Origin: a virus
DNA: 64,000 nucleotides
IMG/VR virus record: IMGVR_UViG_3300023270_000001
Coordinates: 4,140-68,139 of that record
Strand: one strand, 5' to 3'
The notes beneath the pieces were generated by a model. That model was not told the origin of the DNA. It saw nothing but the letters and a program-made list of their open reading frames with translations, and searched no databases. The position numbers were made by a program, and so were the translations under genes. Positions 43,949 through 52,676 of this stretch are shown here, piece after piece. Position 1 is the stretch's first letter. Every line of letters begins with the position of its first letter.

Positions 43949-46777
43949 ATGGCGAATCAATTCGTTTCTCTCGCAGTACCGCTCGGCAATGGCGTCGGCG
44001 CCGCCACGGATGTCTCGACGTTCGGGGCCACCAAGACGATCACGGTCGTCGGCACCGCGCTGTGCACCATCACCATCGAACTCAACAACGACGCCGCCCA
44101 GGGCGGTGGCTGGCAGGCGGTGGCCAGCATTCAGAACAGCGGCTCGACGACCATCAACGTCGCGGCGCGGTTCCTGCGCGTGCGCGTCTCCGGCTACAAC
44201 GTGAACGTCGGTGGCACGAGCACGGTGAACGTCGGCGGCACGACCTCCGGCACCACGTTCGCGTCGCTGACCGTCCCGGCGGGGAACGGCGTGGGCGCGT
44301 CCGTAGACGTCAGCGCGGACATCGGGCTGTTCAAGACGGTGCAGGTCGGCGGCGCCTTCGGCGGCGTGCTGATCGTCGAGATCTCGGTCGACGGCACCAC
44401 CGATTGGGCGCAGCCGTTCCAATTCCAGGGGTCGAACCGCCTCGCGAGCGGCGTCATCGTCGCGAAGTTCATGCGCGTGCGGCGCTCGGGCGTCCCCGTG
44501 AACAACCCGGGCACCCCGCTGGTCAACGTCGGCTTCACGACGACGTCCGAGGACGCTGGCACCTCGGGTGCGGTCGCGATCTCCGCGGGGTCGCAACTGG
44601 CGACGACCGGCACCGTCGTGTTCTCGAACTCGAACGGCGTCACGTTCGGGATGTCGGGCTCGTCCATCGTCACCGCGAGCCACGATGGCCCGTCGGGGAT
44701 CGCGGCGGCCGGCTCGACCGGCACATCGGGCACCATCGTGTTCTCGAACGCGAACAACGTCTCGTTCGGCATGAACGGGTCGGTGATCACCGCGACCGCG
44801 CAGACCGCTGGCGGCACCGCGTCGGGCATCGGTATCAGCGCGAGCGCATCGCTGGTCACCACCGGGGTGATCACGATCTCGAACAGCAACGACATCACGT
44901 TCGGGCTGTCGAACGGCGTGCTCACCGCATCGCGGCTCGGTCCCACCGCGATCGCCGCCGGCACGCAGACCGCCTCTTCCGGCACGGTGGTGTTCTCGAA
45001 CTCGAACGGCGTCTCGTTCGGCCTGTCCGGCTCGTCGGTGGTTACCGCGAGCTACACGCAGTCGACCGGGCCGGCGGCGATCAGCGCCGGTACCGCCTCG
45101 GTTGGCGCCGGTACGGTCGTGTTTTCGAACTCGAACGGCGTCTCGTTCGGCCTCAGCGGATCGACGGTGACCGCCTCCAAGCTCGGCCTCGACGCTGTCA
45201 TTGCCGGGACGGCCACGCAGTCCGCCGGCACCGTGTCGTACGCCAACTCGAACGGCGTCACCTGGGGCCTCAGCAACTCCACCTTCACCGCCTCGGTGCG
45301 GCCGTCGATCGGCGTGCAAGCGGGCGCATCGACGCTCACCAGCGGCACGGTGGTGTTCTCGAACTCGAACAACGTCTCGTTCGGCTTGAACGGGTCGATC
45401 GTCACAGCCAGCGCGGCGGGCGCCAGCGCCGCGGCGATCGCGGCCGGCACGCAGACCGCGACGGCGGGAACCGTCGTGTTCTCGAACAGCAACGGCGTCA
45501 CGTTCGGGATGAGCAACTCGTCCATCGTCACCGCGAGCTACAGCCAGTCGACCGCGCCCGCCGCGATCAGCGCCGGTGCGTCGTCGGTCGGCGCTGGCAC
45601 GGTAGTGTTTTCGAACAGCAACGGCGTCTCGTTCGGCCTGTCGGGGTCGACTATCACTGCGTCGGCGCTGGGCGTGGGGCCGAATGCGATCTCCGCCGGT
45701 TCGACAATGGCGACGGCCGGCACGGTGGTGTTCTCGAACTCGAACAACATCACGTTCGGGATGAGCAACAACATCGTGACCGCGTCGTTTTCGGCCACGG
45801 GAGGTGGCGGCGGCGTAGCACTCAGCGCCTCCGGGACGAGCCAGTCCGCCGGCACGGTGGTGTTCTCGAACGCCAACGGCGTCTCGTTCGGCATGAGCGG
45901 ATCGACGATCACCGCGTCCGTGCCGGCAACACCGACCCTCGTGGGCGGGTACTTCGGCGACGGCTCCGACGGCAATGTCAGCATCACGGCCGGATCCACG
46001 CTCACGCGCGACATGTTCTATGACACGCTCACCGGTTCCTCGAGCGTGACGCTCGATTCGGCGGGGTTCCGGATCTTCTGTCGGACCGCGCTCGTTGGCC
46101 CTGGAAGCGGCACCTTCACGATCTCGCGCAAGGGCAACGACGCAGCCGGCAGCACCGGCGGCGTCGGGTTTCTGGGCACCGAGGGCTCGCTGAACAGCTT
46201 CAGCGGTGGCGGTTCCGACGGCCTCCAGAACAACGGCCAGAACGGCGGCGACACCAACAACGCTCCCACGGCGTTCCGCCCTGGCACCGGCGGCAACTCG
46301 GGCGCCTCGAGCAGCGGCAACACCGGCGCGACGGGCGGCGGCATCACCAACCTGATCCCGGTCTCGGTCGGTGGCATCAATAACCTCCCCGCAGCCCAGG
46401 TCGCGCGCCTCGGCACAACCAATACCGCCTCGATCTCCGGCGGCGCCGGCGGCGCGTCGGGCGCTGGCGTGACCGGCGTATCCAACGGCGGCGGCGGCGG
46501 CGGCGGCGGCGGGTATCTCGTGGTCATGGCCCGCACGGTCACCAACCCGGCCAACGTGCTCCTGACCGCCGCGGGCGGCGCCGGGGGCAACGCCGGTGCT
46601 GGCGCGGGTGGCGGTGGCGGTGGTGGCGGCGGATACATCTGCCACGCGGTGGGCGGTGGTACCGCGGCGACGACCGACGTGGCAGGTGGCGCGGCCGGCG
46701 CCGGTAACGGCGGAGGATCAAACGGGGTCGCCGGTGGCGACGGCAAGGCGATGGTGTTCAACTTCGGCGTGGCGTGA
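43949..46777 (+). CDS. Large repeat fibre/adhesin (receptor-binding candidate)
   Basis: 11 repeats of about 40 aa with core GTVVFSNSNGVSFG, then a Gly-rich C-terminal domain. Confidence 0.8.
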   Translation: MANQFVSLAVPLGNGVGAATDVSTFGATKTITVVGTALCTITIELNNDAAQGGGWQAVASIQNSGSTTINVAARFLRVRVSGYNVNVGGTSTVNVGGTTSGTTFASLTVPAGNGVGASVDVSADIGLFKTVQVGGAFGGVLIVEISVDGTTDWAQPFQFQGSNRLASGVIVAKFMRVRRSGVPVNNPGTPLVNVGFTTTSEDAGTSGAVAISAGSQLATTGTVVFSNSNGVTFGMSGSSIVTASHDGPSGIAAAGSTGTSGTIVFSNANNVSFGMNGSVITATAQTAGGTASGIGISASASLVTTGVITISNSNDITFGLSNGVLTASRLGPTAIAAGTQTASSGTVVFSNSNGVSFGLSGSSVVTASYTQSTGPAAISAGTASVGAGTVVFSNSNGVSFGLSGSTVTASKLGLDAVIAGTATQSAGTVSYANSNGVTWGLSNSTFTASVRPSIGVQAGASTLTSGTVVFSNSNNVSFGLNGSIVTASAAGASAAAIAAGTQTATAGTVVFSNSNGVTFGMSNSSIVTASYSQSTAPAAISAGASSVGAGTVVFSNSNGVSFGLSGSTITASALGVGPNAISAGSTMATAGTVVFSNSNNITFGMSNNIVTASFSATGGGGGVALSASGTSQSAGTVVFSNANGVSFGMSGSTITASVPATPTLVGGYFGDGSDGNVSITAGSTLTRDMFYDTLTGSSSVTLDSAGFRIFCRTALVGPGSGTFTISRKGNDAAGSTGGVGFLGTEGSLNSFSGGGSDGLQNNGQNGGDTNNAPTAFRPGTGGNSGASSSGNTGATGGGITNLIPVSVGGINNLPAAQVARLGTTNTASISGGAGGASGAGVTGVSNGGGGGGGGGYLVVMARTVTNPANVLLTAAGGAGGNAGAGAGGGGGGGGGYICHAVGGGTAATTDVAGGAAGAGNGGGSNGVAGGDGKAMVFNFGVA

Positions 46778-46845
46778 CTCTGGCAAGGTGGTGAGCAGAT
46801 CCCCGATGTGCCGTTGGCGCTCGCCGGGATCGCTCCTTCTGTGGC

Positions 46846-47649
46846 ATGGTGGCGTCCGTGCCGGGATCTGACGACAAGCCCACCCATGTGAACGTCATGT
46901 TGGAGCTCGCCCAACTCCAACACGCCATGGCTCCGGACGCCGAGGCGCCGGGCTTGGGCTTCGAGCGGGTGTCGACCATCGCGGGCAACACCTACCGGGA
47001 CCAGTCGACCATCGTCATCATGCCCACGCGCGAGCCGCTGATCCACTTCCGGGTCGCGGCGGCGCTGTGGGGGATGATCGCGCCGATGAACCAGAAGCGG
47101 CACCTGATGATCTGCCACGGCGACGAGGTGGGGATCGCCTACGACAAGATGGTGCGGTCGATCCTGGACCATCCGGACCTCGGGAAGTGGAAGTACATCA
47201 TGACCGTCGAGTCGGACAACCTCGTCCCGCCCGACGCGCAGAAGCGGCTCCTCGAGACCATCGAGGCCGGCGCCTACGACGCCGTGTCGGGGCTGTACTT
47301 CACCAAGGGCGACTTCAACATGCCCATGGCGTACGGAGACCCGCAGCGGTTCGAGACCACCGGCGAGCTCGAGTTCACCCCGCGCAACGTCACCGAGGCG
47401 CTCCGGTGCGGCCAGGTGATGCCGGTGAACGGGATCGCGATGGGCTGCGCGCTGTGGCGCATGGACCTCTTCCGCGAGATGCCGCAGCCGTGGTTCGTGA
47501 CGGTCGACGACATCCTCGATAACAAGCCCATGGGGTTCACGCAGGATCTGTGGTTCTGTAAGGAGGCGCGGCGGAAGGGGCGGCGGTTCGCGGTGGACTG
47601 TAGGGTGAAGGTCGGGCACATGGACCTGAACACCGGCGAGGTGTACTGA
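46846..47649 (+). CDS. GT-A/GT2-like glycosyltransferase
   Basis: YIMTVESDNL (DxD-like), GLYFTK, GMGCAL-like IAMGCALW, TQDLWFC...VKVGH; start uncertain. Confidence 0.65.
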   Translation: MVASVPGSDDKPTHVNVMLELAQLQHAMAPDAEAPGLGFERVSTIAGNTYRDQSTIVIMPTREPLIHFRVAAALWGMIAPMNQKRHLMICHGDEVGIAYDKMVRSILDHPDLGKWKYIMTVESDNLVPPDAQKRLLETIEAGAYDAVSGLYFTKGDFNMPMAYGDPQRFETTGELEFTPRNVTEALRCGQVMPVNGIAMGCALWRMDLFREMPQPWFVTVDDILDNKPMGFTQDLWFCKEARRKGRRFAVDCRVKVGHMDLNTGEVY

Positions 47650-47846
47650 TGGCAATCATCATCTGGTCCATCGTGGCGCTCTGCTCGTTCGCGGGCAGCG
47701 ACGCCGCGCGCAAGAAAGCCGTGGAGCGCGTGGGGCAGTGGGCAGAACTCGCCTGGGTGGCGGTCCTCGTGCTCGCGTTCTTCGGCGGCGCGGTCGCCAT
47801 CTCGCGGGCGGTAGTGGCGGCCATCATCGCGCAGTCGGGCCAATGA
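47649..47846 (+). CDS. Small membrane protein
   Basis: Two hydrophobic segments; overlaps. Confidence 0.5.
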   Translation: MAIIIWSIVALCSFAGSDAARKKAVERVGQWAELAWVAVLVLAFFGGAVAISRAVVAAIIAQSGQ

Positions 47847-48049
47847 CCTGGGCGATCGTCCTCTTCGCGGTAGCGGCCGTATGCGCGCTCATCGTGGGCG
47901 TGTGCTACTGGACGATCGAGGTCGGCTTCGATGCGGAGTGGCCCGGAGAACCGCACCCGCACGAATGGGAACTGCTCGTCACCATGTCGCTGTGCGTGGT
48001 CGCGTGCCCGGCGTCGCTCATCGGAGGCATCCTGCTATGCGTTTTCTGA
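47843..48049 (+). CDS. Small two-TM protein
   Basis: ATGA overlap; hydrophobic. Confidence 0.5.
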   Translation: MTWAIVLFAVAAVCALIVGVCYWTIEVGFDAEWPGEPHPHEWELLVTMSLCVVACPASLIGGILLCVF

Positions 48050-48291
48050 CTCCAGATCTCGTGAGAATGGTCGAAATTATAGCATCGATGAACTCGTGCA
48101 CAGTCGAGACACTCGACGTCGGGACTGATGCCGAGATGGTCTCCATCAAGGCCCCTAACGGTGGACTAGTGCTGATGCACAATCAGCTTCCGATTGTCGA
48201 TGGCGACGGCTACGTCGTCGTTGTGAAGGTCGTCCATCCACCTAAGGTCATCCCGAAGAAACGACCCCGGCGCAAGAAGGCCAACCGATGA
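48037..48291 (+). CDS. Hypothetical protein
   Basis: GGAGG RBS; basic tail. Confidence 0.5.
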   Translation: MRFLTPDLVRMVEIIASMNSCTVETLDVGTDAEMVSIKAPNGGLVLMHNQLPIVDGDGYVVVVKVVHPPKVIPKKRPRRKKANR

Positions 48292-48662
48292 CCACCGGCA
48301 AGGTCATAGACATCGGTCCGCGCATCCGCCGCAAGAAGCTCGAGACCTGCAATCACGACTCGGTGTCCGTCTCGATGACGAGACAAGAACTGACGTGCGA
48401 TGAATGCGAAAAGGATATAGACCCGTGGGTCTGGATCCGGAGTATCTGCTTGCAGGGTGAGCAGTGGGCCGAGCACTACGAGAAGATGCACGCCGCCGCA
48501 CAGGCGGACTTCGAGCAAAAGCTCGCCTCGTTGAACGCTCGACTGAAGCACCACGCCGACGAGGTCAATCGCCTCATCGACACCCAGAACCGGCTGAACA
48601 ACGAAGAAGTCAACGGCGTCAAGCTACGCCACGCCAAGCGATACACGAGAAAGCGAAAGTAA
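48288..48662 (+). CDS. Zn-ribbon plus coiled-coil protein
   Basis: CNH...LTCDECEKDIDP. Confidence 0.6.
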   Translation: MTTGKVIDIGPRIRRKKLETCNHDSVSVSMTRQELTCDECEKDIDPWVWIRSICLQGEQWAEHYEKMHAAAQADFEQKLASLNARLKHHADEVNRLIDTQNRLNNEEVNGVKLRHAKRYTRKRK

Positions 48663-49919
48663 ATGCGCATCCTGATCACCGGCGGCTGCGGGTTCCTCGG
48701 CAGCCACCTCGTCGAACACTTCCTGAAGACCACCACGGCAGAGATCGTCGTGCTCGACAAGCTGTCGTACGCCTCCATGGGGTTCGACCGGCTCCGCCTC
48801 GTGCGTGATGGCATGGACGAGGCAGAGTTCACCCGCCGCGTGCGGATGCTCAACCCGGACCTGGCCTTGCCACTGGCAGATGGGGTGGTACGCGAGATCG
48901 GCGAGGTCGATTACATCATCCACGCCGCGGCGGAGAGCCACGTCGACAACAGCATCAGCGACCCACTGCCGTTCCTGCAGAGCAACGTGATCGGCACCCA
49001 CAACCTCCTGTGGGCGGTCAGGCAGATGCCCAGCGTGCGGCGGGTATTCGTGGTGTCGACGGATGAGGTGTACGGTCCGGCGCCGATGCAGGGGTACGGC
49101 AACTTCGCGTCTCCGGCGATGGACAGGCTCGTGACGCTTGCGATGGACCTGATCGACATCCTATCCAAGTTCGGTGGTGCCGATGCTCAACTTGAGCGAA
49201 TCGGTCTCGACAAGGAAACCTATCAGCGCATCTACAAGGACTTCTGGAATACGAGACACGCAGCCATGCACAGCGGTTTCGACGAGGCGGCCTCGTTCCG
49301 CCCGGCGAACCCCTACGCAGCTGCGAAAGCCGGCGGCGAGATGGTGGCCATGGCGTACGCCAACACGTACCGCCTGCCCATCACCATCGTGAACACCATG
49401 AACCTCATCGGGGAGCGCCAGCACCCCGAGAAGTTCGTGCCGCTCGTGATCCGCAAGATTCTCACCGGCGAGACCATCCACATCCACGCCGACCCGACGC
49501 GGACGCGCGCGGGGACGCGGTTCTACCTGCACTGCCGGACGTTCGCGAACGCGCTGGCGTGGCTGGTGGAGCAGGATGCTCGCAACCACGGACACCTCGA
49601 GGACGCGAACCTCGGCGCGATCGACCCGCTTCCGCTCAAACTTCACGTGTGCGGCGAGCGCGAGATCTCCAACCTCGAGCTCGCGCAGATCATCCACGGG
49701 GTCGTCGAGCGGCACGCACGCACGCGCGCATGTCAGGACTACGAGCTCAAGTACGAACTCGTCGACTTCCACTCGTCGCGCCCAGGGCACGACCTGCGCT
49801 ATGCGATGGACGACAGCGCCATCCGCCGCATGGGGTGGCAACGCCCGATGGGCCTCGAGCAGTCGCTCGAGAAGACCGTGCGGTGGTACCTATCCAATCC
49901 CCAGTGGCTGGGGCTGTAG
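48663..49919 (+). CDS. rfbB: dTDP-glucose 4,6-dehydratase-like extended SDR with an in-frame insertion
   Basis: ILITGGCGFLG, DKLSYA, HAAAESHVDNSI, STDEVYG, NPYAAAKA, RPGHDLRYA. Confidence 0.85.
   Translation: MRILITGGCGFLGSHLVEHFLKTTTAEIVVLDKLSYASMGFDRLRLVRDGMDEAEFTRRVRMLNPDLALPLADGVVREIGEVDYIIHAAAESHVDNSISDPLPFLQSNVIGTHNLLWAVRQMPSVRRVFVVSTDEVYGPAPMQGYGNFASPAMDRLVTLAMDLIDILSKFGGADAQLERIGLDKETYQRIYKDFWNTRHAAMHSGFDEAASFRPANPYAAAKAGGEMVAMAYANTYRLPITIVNTMNLIGERQHPEKFVPLVIRKILTGETIHIHADPTRTRAGTRFYLHCRTFANALAWLVEQDARNHGHLEDANLGAIDPLPLKLHVCGEREISNLELAQIIHGVVERHARTRACQDYELKYELVDFHSSRPGHDLRYAMDDSAIRRMGWQRPMGLEQSLEKTVRWYLSNPQWLGL
48867..48879. repeat. Palindrome variant TTGCCACTGGCAG (one mismatch)
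   Basis: Read directly. Confidence 0.65.
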
Positions 49920-49963
49920 CAGCCGACTCGAATCGAACTTCCCGATAACCCGCAGGAGTAGTC

Positions 49964-50770
49964 ATGCCGAGCGACCGCGAGAACGTGCTGTCCGCGCCCT
50001 GTACGTGCGGCAGCGGCAAGCCCTACAAGGACTGCCACCAGGCCGTGCCGATCGCCACCAGCGGCAACGGAACGCCACTGCCAGGGCGATACACGGCTCC
50101 ATACCCAACCCATTTCCAGGGGGAGACCCAGAGCATCCCGGCGCTCCAAGAGCCGGGGCAAGGAGAAGGGGCTCTCGCCAAGCCACCGGTCACCCGCAAG
50201 CTGGATCTTGCCAGTGGCCAGTCGCCCAAGGACGGCCACGAGGGCGTCGACATCTGGCCCGGCGCCCAGCACGTCGTCAACCTCCAGGAGTACCCCTGGC
50301 CGTTCGAGGACGAGTCGGTCCTCGAGATCCACTGCTCGCACTACATCGAGCACATCCCGATGGAGTACGTCAACCACTGGCCGATGAAGGTGCTCTACGA
50401 GACTCCGGTTCGCAAGGACGCGCTGTTCGCGTTCTTCGACGAGTGCTATCGCATCCTCGTGCCCGGCGGCTGGATGCACGTCACCTGGCCCTCGCATCGC
50501 TCGGATCGCGCGTTTCAGGATCCGACGCACCGGCGGTTCATCCCCGCGCAGACCATGATCTACATGGCCGAGCAGTGGCGGCGCGACGCCAAGCTCGACC
50601 ACTACGCGGTGGACTGCAACTTCGCGGTGTCGTGCAACCCGACGATCTCCGAAGAACTATCCCTCCGGAACCCGGAGGTCGCGAACAAGCAGATCAACAA
50701 CTACTGGAACACCACCGTCGACTGGGTGGCGAAGCTCCAGAAGTTGCCGCGGTTGCCGCCAAAGACCTGA
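49964..50770 (+). CDS. SEC-C motif plus SAM-dependent methyltransferase-like protein
   Basis: CTCGSGKPYKDCH; KLDLASG, SHYIEH, ECYRILVPGG, DPTH. Confidence 0.75.
   Translation: MPSDRENVLSAPCTCGSGKPYKDCHQAVPIATSGNGTPLPGRYTAPYPTHFQGETQSIPALQEPGQGEGALAKPPVTRKLDLASGQSPKDGHEGVDIWPGAQHVVNLQEYPWPFEDESVLEIHCSHYIEHIPMEYVNHWPMKVLYETPVRKDALFAFFDECYRILVPGGWMHVTWPSHRSDRAFQDPTHRRFIPAQTMIYMAEQWRRDAKLDHYAVDCNFAVSCNPTISEELSLRNPEVANKQINNYWNTTVDWVAKLQKLPRLPPKT
50208..50220. repeat. Palindrome variant TTGCCAGTGGCCA (one mismatch)
   Basis: Read directly. Confidence 0.6.
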
Positions 50771-50850
50771 TTTCAGGCGACACGGCAAGGATAGCCTGGC
50801 ATCCTCGAGTTCAGGCCGAGCAGTACGGACCACGCCAGGACTGAGCGACA

Positions 50851-51027
50851 ATGAAAATCGTCCACCACAAGCCATATGCTCGCGGCGTTTCGCAACTGAT
50901 GTACGTCGGCGACAGCGAGGCTGTCGATAAGGCGCTCATCGAGAAGAAGGTGATCGGTCTCGGGTTGGCCGCGTTCGTATTGTGGATCCTCGTCACCGAG
51001 AAGCCGAGGATCTACAGGTCATGGTAG
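50851..51027 (+). CDS. 58-aa tail-anchored protein with YVGD motif, missing from the ORF track
   Basis: Hand translation MKIVHHKPYARGVSQLMYVGDSEAVDKALIEKKVIGLGLAAFVLWILVTEKPRIYRSW. Confidence 0.55.
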   Translation: MKIVHHKPYARGVSQLMYVGDSEAVDKALIEKKVIGLGLAAFVLWILVTEKPRIYRSW

Positions 51028-51254
51028 CCGGCGGCCTTCACGAGCGCCGGACCTCGCGGGATGGAGCGACCGACTTCCAACTATGGAAGCGGCCCGACGG
51101 CAGCAGGTTCTACGCGCTCCCGTGGTGGATGCACGCGCAGCCGGTGGCCGATATCGCGCCGGACCAGAAAGCGCTGGGTTCATGGATCTCGTGGGACGGT
51201 GAGCGCTGGCGCCGCTATCAACCCGTCCAGGACGACGCCTACACCGACTGGTAG
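51021..51254 (+). CDS. Hypothetical Trp-rich protein
   Basis: Overlaps upstream gene. Confidence 0.5.
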   Translation: MVAGGLHERRTSRDGATDFQLWKRPDGSRFYALPWWMHAQPVADIAPDQKALGSWISWDGERWRRYQPVQDDAYTDW

Positions 51255-51257
51255 CCC

Positions 51258-51764
51258 ATGCGCCTGCTCATCCGATACTTCGCCACCACGGACGACTCGC
51301 CCACCGGCAAGGTCGCCCTCGAGTACCTGAAATCGCTCCTGAGCATCGCACCGGTGCGCGTTGGGTCGATGACCGGCATGCTGTCGGGTTCCTGGGAACC
51401 CTACGCTCAGCTGCTCGCCACGCCGCTCCACGCGCGCTACGTCAACATCGTGTGCTGCGCCTCGAGCCGGTGGTCCTGGGTGCAGAACGTGCCCATGACG
51501 AACGCCAAGGGCCAGCGGGACGGCGTCGCCAGCGGGCGCCAGGAACTCTACACGGCCGGGGTTCACAACGTTCTCCTGGCACCTTCGTTTCCGGTGGACC
51601 CCTACGCGATCACCACCGCTGCGCGCTACGAAGCCGTGGTGACGCCGACCGACCAGTACATGGCCATGTGGCACAAGCACGCGATCGACACGACCGTGAT
51701 CCCGATCCCGATCTCGAACGACATCGACCACGCCCGCTTGCGGAGCGCGGTCACGCCTGCCTGA
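51258..51764 (+). CDS. Hypothetical protein resembling a GT-B N-terminal half
   Basis: Start RLLIRYFA...TGKVA parallels KVRYYG...TGYG of the 52673 gene. Confidence 0.5.
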   Translation: MRLLIRYFATTDDSPTGKVALEYLKSLLSIAPVRVGSMTGMLSGSWEPYAQLLATPLHARYVNIVCCASSRWSWVQNVPMTNAKGQRDGVASGRQELYTAGVHNVLLAPSFPVDPYAITTAARYEAVVTPTDQYMAMWHKHAIDTTVIPIPISNDIDHARLRSAVTPA

Positions 51765-51787
51765 ACAACTTCCAAGGAGACTCTGAG

Positions 51788-52081
51788 ATGAAGATTCCGA
51801 CACCGGGACAGATCGTGCTGTTCCACTTCCACGATCGCGAACGCAAGGCGCTCGTCACTCGTCCTGCGGTCGTCGTCATCCCGCCTGATGACAACAGCGG
51901 CAGGCTGTTCTGCGGCCTGTATGTGATGTGGTGGCCGGACGACAAGCCGAAGCAGCCACAGATGCTGATTCTGAGCGGGTATGCCGCCAGCAGCATGCAT
52001 GTCCCGACGACGGTCGCGCCCATGGCGTCGGACGGCGCCCCGGCTGACAACACGTGGACGCACCGCCCGGAGGATCTGTGA
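51788..52081 (+). CDS. Small protein, tandem paralog 1
   Basis: MKIPTPGQIVLFHF...TRPAVV...WTHRPEDL. Confidence 0.65.
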   Translation: MKIPTPGQIVLFHFHDRERKALVTRPAVVVIPPDDNSGRLFCGLYVMWWPDDKPKQPQMLILSGYAASSMHVPTTVAPMASDGAPADNTWTHRPEDL

Positions 52082-52335
52082 AGATTCCGACGATTGGGCA
52101 GATCGTGCTATTCCACTTCCGCCTAGGCAGATCGCAGCGCCTGTTCACGAGGCCGGCATGCGTCATCGCCGCCGAAAAAACCGGCCACTGTGACCTGAAC
52201 GTCTTCTGGGGCGCGGAGGAATATATCTACGCGCGCACGGACCGCGCGATCAAGCCATTGGTTCTCGACGTTATCATCGCGCCGGATGGCATCCCGGACA
52301 ATCACACGTGGACGTTCCGCCAGGAGGATCTGTGA
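52078..52335 (+). CDS. Small protein, tandem paralog 2
   Basis: MKIPTIGQIVLFHF...TRPACV...WTFRQEDL. Confidence 0.65.
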   Translation: MKIPTIGQIVLFHFRLGRSQRLFTRPACVIAAEKTGHCDLNVFWGAEEYIYARTDRAIKPLVLDVIIAPDGIPDNHTWTFRQEDL

Positions 52336-52676
52336 TCGACATCAAGGCGGAGCCTCGCGTGGTCACCTGGACGCGTCGAGGCGAAGTTTGCATTGGCGTC
52401 AAGAGTTGCGAATGGTGCGCAACTCTCACGCCGGATCCTACCGATGAACAGGTCATCGAGTTCATCAAGAAGAATCCCCACACCACGACGATGTGGCCGT
52501 TCGGCGGCGAGAACTACGGCGAGTTCATCCCGTCCGGATGGCGACACGTCACTATCGACGCGGATGGAAGCCCAGAATCGGGCCGCGGTGAGCGCGGAAT
52601 GCTGTGCCCGGATTGCGTCGGTCGACTCCGACAGGCGCTCGCGGATCTGAAGTCCGGCAAGGATGGCCGGCGGTGA
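52332..52676 (+). CDS. Zn-binding hypothetical protein
   Basis: CEWC and LCPDC. Confidence 0.6.
   Translation: MIDIKAEPRVVTWTRRGEVCIGVKSCEWCATLTPDPTDEQVIEFIKKNPHTTTMWPFGGENYGEFIPSGWRHVTIDADGSPESGRGERGMLCPDCVGRLRQALADLKSGKDGRR

Noticed and set aside
43912-46023. 703-aa same-strand alternative frame over the fibre gene
   Set aside because: Arg-rich low-information translation produced by the repeat and codon bias; unlike the methyltransferase case it has no recognisable motif
49090-49275. Insertion in RfbB considered as a mini-intein
   Set aside because: No N-terminal Cys/Ser block or C-terminal His-Asn, and too short
49964-50040. GSGK as a Walker A motif of a packaging ATPase (also GGGKY in 25456-27120)
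   Set aside because: The first is part of a SEC-C motif, the second lacks the S/T after K and any Walker B
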